DNA from: Utricularia gibba
Lineage: Eukaryota > Plantae > Magnoliophyta
Direction of reading: 5' to 3'
DNA length: 64,000 nucleotides
Assembly (NCBI GenBank): GCA_002189035.1
Contig: CM007991.1
Location: 4,588,001-4,652,000, forward strand
Position 1 is the first letter of the stretch, and every line of letters starts with the position of its first letter. A model generated the notes under the pieces. It saw only the letters and a list, made by a program, of their open reading frames with translations, searched no databases and had not been told where the DNA came from. Of this stretch, positions 40,813-52,919 are shown in pieces. The position numbers and the translations under genes were made by a program.

Positions 40813-43800
40813 ATGATGGCATCTGGTAGAGGACCTCCAATATTTGATGGTTCAGAGTATGGAAGCTGGGTCAAAAAGATGCGCAGCTACCTGCGGGTCA
40901 GAAAGATTTGGGATGTTGTTGAAAGGGAGATTTCGAAGATTACAATAACAAGCAAATCCACATCAGAACAGCAAGAGGAAGTTGAATATCTTCAACAAAG
41001 AAAAGATGAAGCAATGGATGCCTTGTATCAAGCCATCTCTGAACATCTATTTGATGATATTGCAGAGTGTCAATCAGCAAAAGAAATATGGGATACTCTC
41101 AAATCCCATTATGAAGGCGATGCCAAACTCAGAGAGATATTATGCAAAAACAAGCTGGAGGACTTTGAGAGGAACAAAATGTTAGACAATGAAACCATAC
41201 AAGTCTATTATGAACGTACTGCGAAGCTTGTGAAGGAGATTCGAGGATTGGGGGAAAAACTTGAGGATCAAAAGGTGATTAGCAAGGCAATCATGAGCCT
41301 ACCTGCAAGATTCGAGCCAAAGTTATGTGCACTTGAGACAGAAAAAAAATCCTTGACATTATTGAAGGAAAGCTCCATCAGTTATATCCTGAATATCCTG
41401 TTACACCAGAGTCAACATTTAGAGAGTTCATGATTGAGTTGCAATCTACAGAAAAGAGATTGGAGCTAAGAGATGGTTATGAAGTTGAGAAAACTTATGG
41501 TGAAGTTGCTCTCCTCACCAAAATGCAGAATATGAATATAACCTCAGGTGCAATTAACAATGTCAAGGATGTCAAGACAACAGCCATCAAACAATCACCA
41601 ACGTCAATCCCCACATCAACGATGGGCAATCAGAAGTGCAGGCATTGTGACAAATCCAACCATAAGAGTGAAGATTGTTGGACTTTAAGCACATGCTTGC
41701 AAGCATTGTAACAAACAGAATCAAAGGAGTGAGTTTTTTTGGTGGAAGCCTGATGCTTTGTGCACGAAATGCAATCAAAGAGGCCATCTTGACAAGGTAT
41801 ATGGAATGTCAAATCCAATAAAAGTTGAGCATAACAAGAAGGCTACTTCCAGGGAAGAGAAATCACATGCATCCTTTACCTACTTTGAAGATGAGCCAGA
41901 AATATCTTTTGAAGATCCTTTTGAGTATGAGTGTGCTTTAATGACAGTAGCCTCAGATGCTAAAGGCTGGTACTTGGACTCTGGCGCCTCCTATCATGTA
42001 TGTTGTGATACAAGGTCATTTCTTAAGCTTGAAAGGATTGGGAAGGAGGTAAGCACGTGCACTGGTGAAAATATTGGCATTGTGGGCAAAGGAAGCATTT
42101 TACTCTTGCTAAAAGAAGGAATTGTTCAAGTTGATGATTTTTATTATTCACCAAACCTCAAACAGAACCTGTTGAGCTTTGGCCAATTGAGCAGGCAAGG
42201 TTTTGACATTGAGCTGATGAAAGATGCTGGTGGTATAACCACTACAGTTAAGGTTGCTGATCCAAAAACGAAGATTGAATTCCATGCTGTGTTGACCACC
42301 TACAACCTCTACCAAATCATGGTCAGTGATCATAAAAGTTGTATTTTCTCACTTCAAGATCAAAGCAGCCTTTGGCACAAACGTTTTGGGCACTATAGCT
42401 TCAACAATCTGAAAATATTGCAGAAGAATAAGGAAGTACTGGAATTGAAAGACATCAAATTTGCTAATGCCATATGTGAAGTGTGTCATCAAGGTAAACA
42501 GTGTAGAAAGCCCTTTTATTCCAGTGATTCAGTAGCAAAGGAGATATTAGAGCTTGTGCATACAGATGTTTGTGGACCATTTAAGGAATGTTCATTAGGG
42601 GGGAGTAGATACTTTGTTACATTCATTGATGATTATTCACGTTATTGTTGGGTTTACTTTCTTAAAAGCAAGTCAGAAGTTCCTCATATCTTTCGAAAAT
42701 TCAAAGTGATGGTTGAGAATCAGAGTGGATGCTCTTTGAAGATGTTTAGATCAAACAATGGAGGCGAATTCTACAATAATAGCATGAGAATGTTCTGTGA
42801 AAATGAGGGAATCATGCATCAATTCACCGTACCATATTCTCCACAACAGAATGGTATATGTGAAAGGAGAAACAGAACAATCCTTGATATGTCAAGATGC
42901 CTATTGTTTGAGAAAGGTCTTCCTGTAAGTTTCTGGGCTGAAGCGGTATCTACATCTGTATATCTGTTGAACTTGCTTCCCTCAAGGGCGATTAGTGGAA
43001 AAACCGCCCATGAAAAATGACATGGTTATATTAAAAAGGTTGATCATCTCAAAATCTTTGGTAGTCTGTGTTTTACTCATATACCAGACCAAAAACGAGG
43101 AAAACTTGAAAAGAAATCTGTATCTGGTGTATTTGTTGGTTATAGCAACACTACCAAGGGATATAAAGTTTATCTACCTCAACAGAAGAAATTTATCCTC
43201 AGCCATGATGTCACTTTTGATGAAGGTGCAAGGTATACTTTAATTGATGATTGCATTGCTCTGAATGATGCAGAAGCTCATAAAAGTCTTGAAAGGCATA
43301 GCACTCATGTGAAAGGAGACCTCTGGACACACATGCCTCAAAACTTCTCTTCCAGCAATTCAACAAACCAAGAAACTTCAGAACTCGTTCATGAAGATTC
43401 AAATCAAGTAAATGATCAGCATTCAGATGAGAATTTTCCAGCTCAAGAGGAGGAGAAGGTCACAAATCAAGATGGCTCGTCCAATGAGAATTCAGAATCA
43501 AACTCTGAACCCCTATATGGACGATCTCATCAGGCCAATGATCAACCTTCAGATGGGAATTTCGAAATCCCAGAAGAGGAGCAAGGCACGAATGTAGAAG
43601 ACTCATCAACAGATGAATCTAATGGAGAGGAACCTGATACTAATGATGAAGATTATTACCCATCTGATCGTGATTGGCAAAGGAGGAAACGCAAAAACAT
43701 CAGAGATTCAATAGATAATGAAGATTGTCATGTTACTGACATTAGACGAAGCAAAAGAAACAAGGCTCCTACAATAAGTTTCTCCAAGTTGAATGATGAT

Positions 43801-45474
43801 GTCCAAGATGCTGTGGCTGATATTTTGGCTGGATTATTAACAGGAGATCCAACATCATTTGAAGTGGCTGTACAAAATCCTAAATGAAGAGAGGCCATGA
43901 AGGAAGAAATGAATTCTATACTTGAAAATGAAACATGGGAATTAGTTGAGAAACCCAAGGATAGGGGTTTCAAACCTATTGGCCTCAAGTGGTTATTCAA
44001 AACCAAGATGAATGCAGATGGCTCTATCAACAAATATAAGGCTAGATTAGTAGCCAAGGGATATAGTCAGATCAAAGGAATAAATTTTCATGAGATTTTT
44101 GCATCAGTAGCAAGATTTGACACGATTAAAGTACTTCTTGCCATTTCAGCTGCTCATGGATGGAAAGTGCATCACATGGATGTCAAGACTGCGTTCTTGA
44201 ATGGTGTGTTGGAGGAGGTTGTTTTTGTTGAACAACCAAAGGGCTTCGAAGTGTCAGGTCATGAAGACAAGGTATTGAAGCTAAAGAAATCTCTCTATGG
44301 GTTGAAGCAAGCTCCTAGAGCATGGAATGAACGCATGGATAACTTTCTTCAGGGTATTGGTTTCAGAAAAACATATAGTGATTACTCACTATATGTTAAA
44401 GGAAAAGAAGATGATCGTTTATTTATTAGCTTATATGTGGATGATCTTATGATTACCTCAGGTAATGAAAGGAAGATTGAGGAATTCAAAGCTCTACTCA
44501 AAAATGAATTCAAGATGACTGACCTTGGAATGATGTCCTATTATCTAGGCATGGAAATTCATCAACTTGAAGGTGTTGGAATATTCATATCTCAGAAAAA
44601 GTATTGTAATGAACTTCTTGAAAGGTTTGGGTTCAAAGATGTCAATCCTTCAAAAACGCCTTTGAATTACAAACAAGTGATTGGAGAGAACAATCAGGGA
44701 AAGAATGTGGATGCCACTACTTATAGAAGTATGATTGGAAGCCTCATTTATCTCCAGCATACAAGGCCTGACTTGTGTTTTTGTGTAAATGTCTTATCTC
44801 GCTTCCTCAACAAACCAACAACAACTCACATGGCAGCTGTGAAAAGAGCTTTCAGGTACATAAAATCTACTACTGATTTCGTATTGTTCTATCCCTATGA
44901 AGGTGAAAAACCAGTCTTGAAACTTAGAGCCTACTCAGATAGTGATTATGGTATGGCTGAAGATAGCAAGAGCACATCTGGTGCACTCTTCTTCTTAAAT
45001 AAGAGTCCTGTAGTCTGGTTTTCGAAGAAACAAAAAGTGGTAGCACAATCAACAGCTGAAGCAGAATACATCTCAGCAGCACATGCTTCGAACTATTGTG
45101 TTTGGTTGAGGCAAATGCTAAACGAACTTGGATTCATACAAAAGGAAGCTACACATCTGCTTATGGATAATCGAGCTGCAATCTCCATTGCCAAAGATCC
45201 AACGAACTTCAGCAAAGCCAAGCACATAAGAATCAGGTATCATGTCATAAAGAATTACATCAAGGAGAAGAAGATTAAAGTGCAGTATGTTGAGAGTGGG
45301 AATCAACTTGCTGATGGGCTCACCAAAGGTTTGAACAGAGTTCAGTTTGAGCTAGCAAGGAAGAACATGAATCTCATGACTATAGAAGACTTTCTCAAGT
45401 TGGGAGATCTCGGTCTGGGGGGAGTGTTGGAGATCAGCCTCAATCCAAAGTTTGAAGGTGATTGGAAGCACTAA
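40813..45474 (+). pseudogene. Copia gag-pol polyprotein, disrupted
   Basis: gag PIFDGSEYGSWVKKMRSYL, CCHC knuckles, protease WYLDSGAS, integrase FIDDYSRY/ERRNRT, RT YVDD, RNase H. Lesions: frameshift at the A8 run 41342-41349, further frameshift(s) near 41690-41760, TGA at 43018-43020 and 43885-43887 in Trp positions, and the integrase second Asp read as Asn (AAC 42754-42756). Confidence 0.92.
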
Positions 45475-45745
45475 TCTTGTGTCATAATGTTATATTTCAG
45501 ATAAAAGGTGTTGAGTTCGAGCATGGAAGTGTTGGATTCGAGTTGTTGGGCTTTTTGTGTGTTTTCAATAATTGTGGCCCACTGTTGGGTAACCTAGGTA
45601 TTGGGTATATATAAACCCTACTAGGAATGCGTGCCAATGAGGGTTTTGGTCATTCTTATTGTTCATGAGTCGTTTTTCATCCAAGGTGATCTCAGAAGCA
45701 TTACCTTTTTGTTACTTTCCGAGACTCTCTTTTCTTGCATCAACA
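45425..45745 (+). repeat. 3' LTR of the copia element (321 bp)
   Basis: Differs from the 5' LTR by 3 transitions and a 1-bp T-run indel. Confidence 0.97.
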
Positions 45746-46899
45746 AAAAGCACTTCATTTGAAGCAGAAGTGGAAATAAAAAGACTTTAAATGTTGACAC
45801 AATCTAAATTCACATTGTGTTTCAAGTCGCTCAAGTACACAAAAACAATAAAATAGTGAGGCATCACTCTTATGAAACAACCTTATTGTGTAGAAATCAT
45901 CTTCTAATAATATGGTCATTTCTATTGAAATTAAGGATCCAATGGGTCAAGCAAGTACATGTGAAACCTAAGTACCATGAAATGTGGATCACATTAGAAA
46001 AGATTTGACCCAATCGATTACAAGTGATATGTTTAAATTTTGATTTGGGATTGTTTCTTCTAATAAATTCTACCCTTTTGTTTGAAATAGAGTATGACCA
46101 ACAATACACTCAACTCATTCTGATAGTAGATTACTTTTTTATACATTTTTCTTCTTTTATGAAGAGAGGAAGCTCTAGACAAATGTGCAATACTTCTACC
46201 TTATCATTCTTCAAGACCTTATGATTCAAACTTCTTTATCACTCCAAGTGCTTAAATGACTAATATCTAAAGTTTCCTCTGCTCCATTTAAGCCCTAATT
46301 TTTTTGACAATTCATTCTTTCGTTTTTTTTTGAACTATCATATGTATCTAAATTCAAAATGCCTCTAGTCTTACTCTAGAGTGATCTTGGTAGCTCTAAT
46401 GCTCAAAGATTTATTATGCACATCAAAAGCTACACACAAACTTGCCATTCTATTTCTCTTAGGCTTGATGAATGAGATATGAAACTAAAAACATCTAGAC
46501 CTCACACATGGCTAGTACACTTTACCAAATGAGCCATGTACTTAAGTGACTCAATGAACTTAGACGTCACTAACAAAAAATAACTTACACATCCATGTAA
46601 TAAAAAGCTACTTAAAAGAAAGTAAGAATAAGTGAATTACTTGAGGCAAATAAAAGTAAAAGAAATAAAAACAAAATTATCCAGATGTCCTAAATGAGTT
46701 TAATTCAATCAGGGGTAAGAATGAGCAACCTTCCATGATCGCTCTTAAATAAGTTGTATAATAAGATTCTCTAGCCTTGCAATAGGTTCCTAAAGTTTGG
46801 TTACCATAGTAAAGCACACACAATGATAGTCCTTGCTCACTCTTTGCATCAGGTGATTGTCCAGCTATTGATTGAGTGTACAAAAGTTCCTTGTATTCA

Positions 46900-48050
46900 C
46901 CCTTCTTCTATTGGGACATCACAAATGTATAATATCCTCGCTTCATCTAGATCATTCTTTATAATTCAAGTTCATCCTAATTAATATAGAATTTTCTTGT
47001 ATTCAATGGCTTCTTCAAAGCTATGCACCTCATCACAAATAGTTCATTTTTAAACATTACATTGTATAAATGTTGATGCTTGAAAAAACATGCTGAAATG
47101 TATACATGAATAATGCATCAAATATGGCTCATAAATAACATCAGGTTCAAGCATTCTAACAAGTATGTAGCATAATTCAGTGCATGCAACCAAATTAATT
47201 TTAAAAATGCATAATGAATGTTTATATTTGAGCTTATCCCTAACTTTATATTCCAATCCTAATTCACATAAAGATTAGTAATCAACATATTTGATAGGCC
47301 CCAGCACTACACCTTTAAGCAATTTGTACCTTTTATTTTCATCTCTAACCGTAAACCATCTTGTCCAGCTTAGATGGTCTATGGATGAATCTCTATATTC
47401 ATGCTATACTCATTCTTCTCCTAAATCCTTCAAGTGCATTCTCTCAACTTTTCTGGAAAAATTTGGTGAGTATTTTGGAATTTCACTATCACTTAATTTT
47501 TCCTCCTCAAAGTTGATTGCAACTTCCTGCACTGTATTCTCCTCTTCTAATTCAAGTTCTTTATGTTTTTCTAATTCCTCCTCCTCCTCTAATGCATTTT
47601 CCAATTTCTTGTTCTGCTTCAAGTTCACTCTCATTGTCAACTTCGAATTCCTCCTATAGTTTTGAATTTTTTTGTTAGCAATTCTGATTCTAATTTAGGT
47701 TCACAATCTTCCAGTAGGGGTTCTTGCTCTTCTATTAGTTTCCTTCTTTCCTAATCCTTTTGTTATCCAGCGAACCCTCCTTCATCATTGGCTCCATTGC
47801 TTGTGTTTTTTTTGTGTTAGACTCCCCTTTGTTGGGATTCCCTTCCAATGAATGTCAAAGTTTGTTTTATCAGAAATTCCTTCACCATGGGGGTAATTGC
47901 TTCTTTTAGAGATTTCACCTTCAATGCTTGCTTTTCACTCCGCCAGTTTGTTGTTGAGACATTGCTACCATAATCCTCAGATTTTCAGGAAAAACTATTG
48001 CTATCATAATTCCTAGTGCAAATAATATTCCACTGATGTTTTTCCTTAAG
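46900..48050 (-). mobile_element. Probable degenerate Ty3/gypsy (Athila/Tat-like) gag-region relic
   Basis: Glu-rich ORF 47410-47640 (MTMRVNLK...EEEEELEK...IPKYSPNF) resembles the gag-protease linker of non-chromoviral gypsy elements. No catalytic motif seen. Confidence 0.3.
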
Positions 48051-48419
48051 TATTTTAGGTCAATGTTGCATTTTCCCAATTTCCTTAGGATTTTATGATT
48101 ATCAAGATTATATTGACAAACAAAAATTATAAAAAATAAAATCCAATCTCAGTTAAATATCAAAGAATATAATAAACAAATACATATATAGGGAATTGAA
48201 TAAGCATGAATTCACATAAATTTTTAACCTTAGGACCACAAATCACTTCATGCATATGTTTGACTTTAATATATAAAAACACGAAGAATGAAAGCAAAAA
48301 TTGCCTCTCCAAGTGAGGACTTTCTGCTTGAAGATGTGATGAGCCAGCTTCATGCCTTGCAGAGTCACCAAGTGAACAATTTTGATCCTTCAGAAAATGA
48401 AAATCACGAGATCATATGA

Positions 48420-50000
48420 TCCTACAAGCTGCAAGATCCCATAACCGATACCCCATCTCAATCTCACCATAACCAAGGAACACCCACGTCTTGGCATGAT
48501 CATCCAGTTTACGTCACTACTCCCCAGGCACATGTACTAGGGCTTTACATCCAAATACTCGAAGATGATACAACTTCCCTGATCTCCCTATCCATAATTC
48601 TTCTAGTAGTTGACAGTCTAAGTCCTTCTTAGGACTTCAATTGGACAAATAACAAGCAGTGGCGATCACTTCACCCCAAAATTTTATTGGTAATGCTGCA
48701 TCTTTTAACTTACACCTAACCTTGTCAAACTAGGTGCGATTCAGAATTTTACTAGTAATGGTATGAGATTTTGCTGGGGCATTCTTGGTTTGGTTGCCAC
48801 TTTCTTGATGCCAAGATCAAGACAATATTGCTTGAACTCTGAGCTACAATACTCACCATCATTATTGGTCCATAAGCACTTTATTTTTGCACTAGTATGT
48901 TGCTCAACCATAACATGAAACAGATTAAAACATTTGACCACCTCAGACTTGTGAGTTATCATGTAGATCCATGATTTACGAGTAGCATCATCTGTAAACA
49001 TCGGATAATGCTTCACTCCCCCAACTATAGGCACATTCACTGGCCCACCTACATCAAAAAACACCACATCAAGTTTACCTTTCCTCCTATATATATTCGA
49101 TTTGAAGGCTATCCTATGTTGCTTGCCAAAGACAGCTTTCACATACATTTTCAGCGTTGCGTGTATTGATCAAACTATTTTTAACCAATTGCTGAATACT
49201 GGCCTCTGAGAGATACCCCTAACACTTAGGCCACAAGCTATAAGGCACTGTGGATTCAACGTCGATCAATACTTCTTGAGGATCAGGTTTCAGCTATGTG
49301 TGATAGAATCTACCTACCAGCAATCTAGTATCAACTTTCATTGATCCCCGAATTAGATTCCATATTTGTGAACCCAAGCTATACTTGTAACCGGCAACAT
49401 CCAACTCACTCACTGATAGAAAATTAACTCATAGCACTGCACATGTTGCACATCTCTCAATTTCAACTTAACACCTAAGTTTAGTCACCACTAAATCACC
49501 AATGCCTGCAATTACAAATATTGAATGGTTTCCCATTCCCACGGTGCTGGAGCCACAGACCCTATTGTTCATCATTCCGAGCTTAGATGATGAGGCATGG
49601 AAGGGTGCAATAAAATCACCAAACCAGACATCAATCATCCCCATATCCCCTCCATTTTCAAATAGAACTACTAAATCATCATCAATCTCATTGAGATACA
49701 TAGTAGTGTTGACAGATTCTCTGCTAAATGTACTGGCTGCTTTTCCCTCTGCACCTATTTATACCCACATCAATCCTTCTAAAGATGGTCCTTCTTCCCA
49801 CAAAAGAAATAAGTTCAATTTTCTTTCTTCTAGGATTTGCCTTCACCACTCTATGATTTATCACGATGACCAGAATCAAGTCCTCTTCTTGCATGACGAT
49901 CCTACGATCTCCCTTGCTGATGGCCTTCACTATAGCATATCTTAAAGAATTCTTATTATTAAAAGGGGTTATGTCGCTCTTAATCCCGACGTACTAAATA
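48420..50000 (-). mobile_element. Old Ty1/copia relic (gag zinc-knuckle region, protease, integrase), Tnt1-like
   Basis: ORF 48741-49148 reads VFGKQHRIAF...KLDVVFFDVGGP..V...GG..HY.MFTDDATRKSWIYMI..KSEV...F..F..MVE...KIKCL.TNNDGEYCS.EF...C...GI.....P..PQQN (integrase core). Many stops. Confidence 0.8.
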
Positions 50001-50289
50001 GCAAAGCTCTTCACACTCAACCTTCACATTACCTCAATTGGTGCCGCATTCATGTACAACTTAGCATTACGGGTTAACACATCTCACATGCAACACGAAT
50101 TGGGATTTTTTGGGTCCATGTGACATGAAAGTGTAGCTTGGCTGAACTGAAAGGGAGTGACACCAATTTCAGGTCACTAGTTTTAAGAAGGTCAACCATG
50201 TCAAGATAATCCATAGGTTTATAGATCTTAATCATCAGAGGTTGAGTGACAGTCAAACTACAGTATTTCGTTTGCAATAGTGTGAGGGC

Positions 50290-51488
50290 TGATGGTGATT
50301 CTGCAAGTGCACAGAAATCGTCGAAGTAATAAAATAAGATCGTATCCACAAGGAATTGTTATTGGAATATTCTTTTTAAAATAAAGAGGTAAAAAAATTG
50401 GAAACAAAAGAAAGATTTGGTTTTTGAAGACAATAAGAAAAGTGGCATTGGATCTAAGATCCACCTTACTTGAAACTCGCCCTTGCGTGTGTGCAAACCT
50501 TGAGAACTGACTTGCTTGCGCAAGCTTTGGGGGTGTTATGCTAAAGTAGTGCTACTCGGTGACCGTTATAGAACCGTCCCTTGTTTTGTGGGATTATGAA
50601 ATCAACAACGCCACCAGAGCCATTTCACCTCTTGTGATAACCCATATTTTCCCCACACCCAAAACTAACCACTACACCTCACACCTCGCAGACAGATTAG
50701 ACAGAATGTGTCTTACCAACGATGTCCGATTGAACCCTTCTCCTTAGGTGCTTGAGGCCAATCTTTGATTCTCCCACACTTCCTTGGGGTTATATGTTAT
50801 TAAAGATCACGTTGGTGAAGAAAACGTTGCGACAAACAGAATCAGACCTCAAATTAAATGCTGAAAAACATAGTAAGACAGTCACGCGTGCAGAACTTGC
50901 GCAAGCAAGGCTTCACAGCAGATCCTCAGCCGCAAGTGCTCACACGCGCATGCTTGACTCTAAACAACAAAAGTTGATGAGAAACAAAAGGAAAGGAATC
51001 CAAAAATGCTAGACTCAACTCTAAACCCTAGATTGACTCTTTGGTCATCCACCACTTCGACTCTCTCCTATAGGTCTTCGCGTTTGGATCTTTATATAAT
51101 GGTGGGGATTTGTCGGGCTTCCTTGATGGGCTCACATCAAATCCTCTATCCGAATCTTCTAAGATTTGATACAAATCTTTTAGGATGAGATCCAAGTTTT
51201 CCAAGATAAGATACGAATCTTATCTTATCCGAGAATCTTTGACCGAGTCTTCATCTCCGGATAGATCAAATCTTAGCCTCCATCAAAGTAGCTCGAAAAT
51301 CCTCCAAATTATTCCAAATTCGTCCTGAAAAATCACAAAACACACTTTCCCCTTCAAAAAGATCAAAGTGGTATGAAAGATATAAAATTCTTCTAAAAAC
51401 ATAAAGAAAGTGGGATAAAAAAGAATGCAAAACTCATCTAAGAGAGTCCTAAAAACCACAAATATAAGTGACACAAAATCACTTATCA
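50290..51488 (-). mobile_element. Solo LTR, family A (gypsy/Athila-like), 1199 bp, TSD AGGGC
   Basis: On the minus strand it starts TGATAAGTG and ends CACCATCA. Perfect TSD AGGGC at 50285-50289 and 51489-51493. Confidence 0.92.
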
Positions 51489-52271
51489 AGGGCCACGACC
51501 AAAAGGGAATGGCGATGAGATCTCATTAGTTAAGGACTCATTCCTCAAATTATAGATTGTGTCTTGGAGGTCGGCATTAGAACAATGAATCCCACATGAA
51601 GAATTAAAAATGAAATAATGAAGTTTATAAGAAATTATAAATCATTAATAATTGGACAGATCTATTCTTTTCTAATATGGTTCATGTTTCTTGTGTATTT
51701 GGACTTTATATGTACTTGCCAAATTTATAGAATCTTTAATTTCAACAATTGAGATGCAATTGTGTGAAAGTAGCATGAAGTTCCAACAGGAGATGGACCA
51801 CAGTAGAGTTTGGCTCTCGGATCGGACACACGGTCTGTAACACACGACGAAGACATATAAAGGAATAACTCCTCTCCAATAGTAGATAGATAATACACAA
51901 TGTATGAAAGAGATAGATGCTGCTTAGAAAATGCTTAAATGCTGAATCGATTTCCGATGAGATTTGCAATGAAGTTGATTCAAAAATTCTACTTAATTTT
52001 TGTTGGTTGACCCTATCTTCATTCCTTGGAGATGGTTGAGCATTATTAAAGAGAAATAGAAGGTGTAAGAGGCTTTCTGATAGGGGCCTTCATGTGACTT
52101 TTCGTCATGGTTTGTTTTCAAATGACATGTTTGGTAGCAAACTTTAAAATGAAGGTTTTTATACGGATTAATTTCAAAGATGGCAATCTCTTTGTACCAA
52201 AATTTGAAAGATGGCCATTGTCAAAACTTTTATTGCAAAATAATCATACTATTTTTTAAGTTCAAAAATAG

Positions 52272-52919
52272 TAATTGTCATATAATAAGCAGCACCCAAG
52301 TAATATTGAAAATAAATTTTTTGTACCTAATTAATTTTGATTTCAAATCATAACTACTCATAACATTTTTAAATAATGTTTTTTTTATTTACTTGAAATT
52401 GAATCACTCTTTCAGATAAAATACTTTCTAAATAAATGTTTAAGAAAACAAGTTAAAATTTTTAAATGATTGTATTTATTTTGAACTGAAAAAACATTTT
52501 ATTGCATAGATCACAATAGTTATCAAATTTTCTATAAACTTATGATGCTACTTCATAATTTTGATTGAAACAATGTTGATATTATGCAAATGTAGCTAAT
52601 TAAATGAATAATAAAATATGAATTTTTTTTAGATACATATTGGGCAACAGATAAACAAGGCTTGATGAAGATACATTCGAATTGCAAAAAATAAATCCAA
52701 TAAATTTTTAAAAATTTTAAACAATAACAGGTGTTAATGAACATTCATTTGGAAAGTATTTTATCTAATAGAGTGATTTAGTTTCGAAATAATAAAAAAA
52801 TTATTAATATTATGAATAAACATGATTCTAAATCAAAATTAATTACATATTATGAATAAACATGATTCAAAAAAATTTATTTTGAATAATTATTTGGGCG
52901 CTGCTTATTGTGATAATTA
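52272..52919. mobile_element. AT-rich foldback/MITE-like element with long imperfect terminal inverted repeats
   Basis: The left arm TAATTGTCATATAATAAGCAGCACCCAAGTAATATTGAAAATAAATTTTTT matches the reverse complement of the right arm AAAAAAATTTATTTTGAATAATTATTTGGGCGCTGCTTATTGTGATAATTA. TSD not resolved. Confidence 0.55.

Larger units (their letters stand above)
40373..45745 (+). mobile_element. Full-length Ty1/copia LTR retrotransposon (5373 bp), structurally complete but coding-defective; TSD AAAAG
   Basis: 5' LTR 40373-40694, 3' LTR 45425-45745, PBS TGGTATCGGAGC at 40695-40706 (tRNA-iMet type), PPT GGGGGGAG before 45425, and TSD AAAAG at 40368-40372 and 45746-45750. Domain order is gag-PR-IN-RT-RH. 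Confidence 0.97.

Noticed and set aside
41790-43887. Apparent plus-strand G-to-A bias in copia lesions (two TGG to TGA, Asp to Asn, Cys to Tyr) suggesting APOBEC-like editing
   Set aside because: The LTR differences include both C/T and G/A transitions, and Trp codons mostly reach stops through G-to-A. Ordinary methylcytosine deamination explains it.
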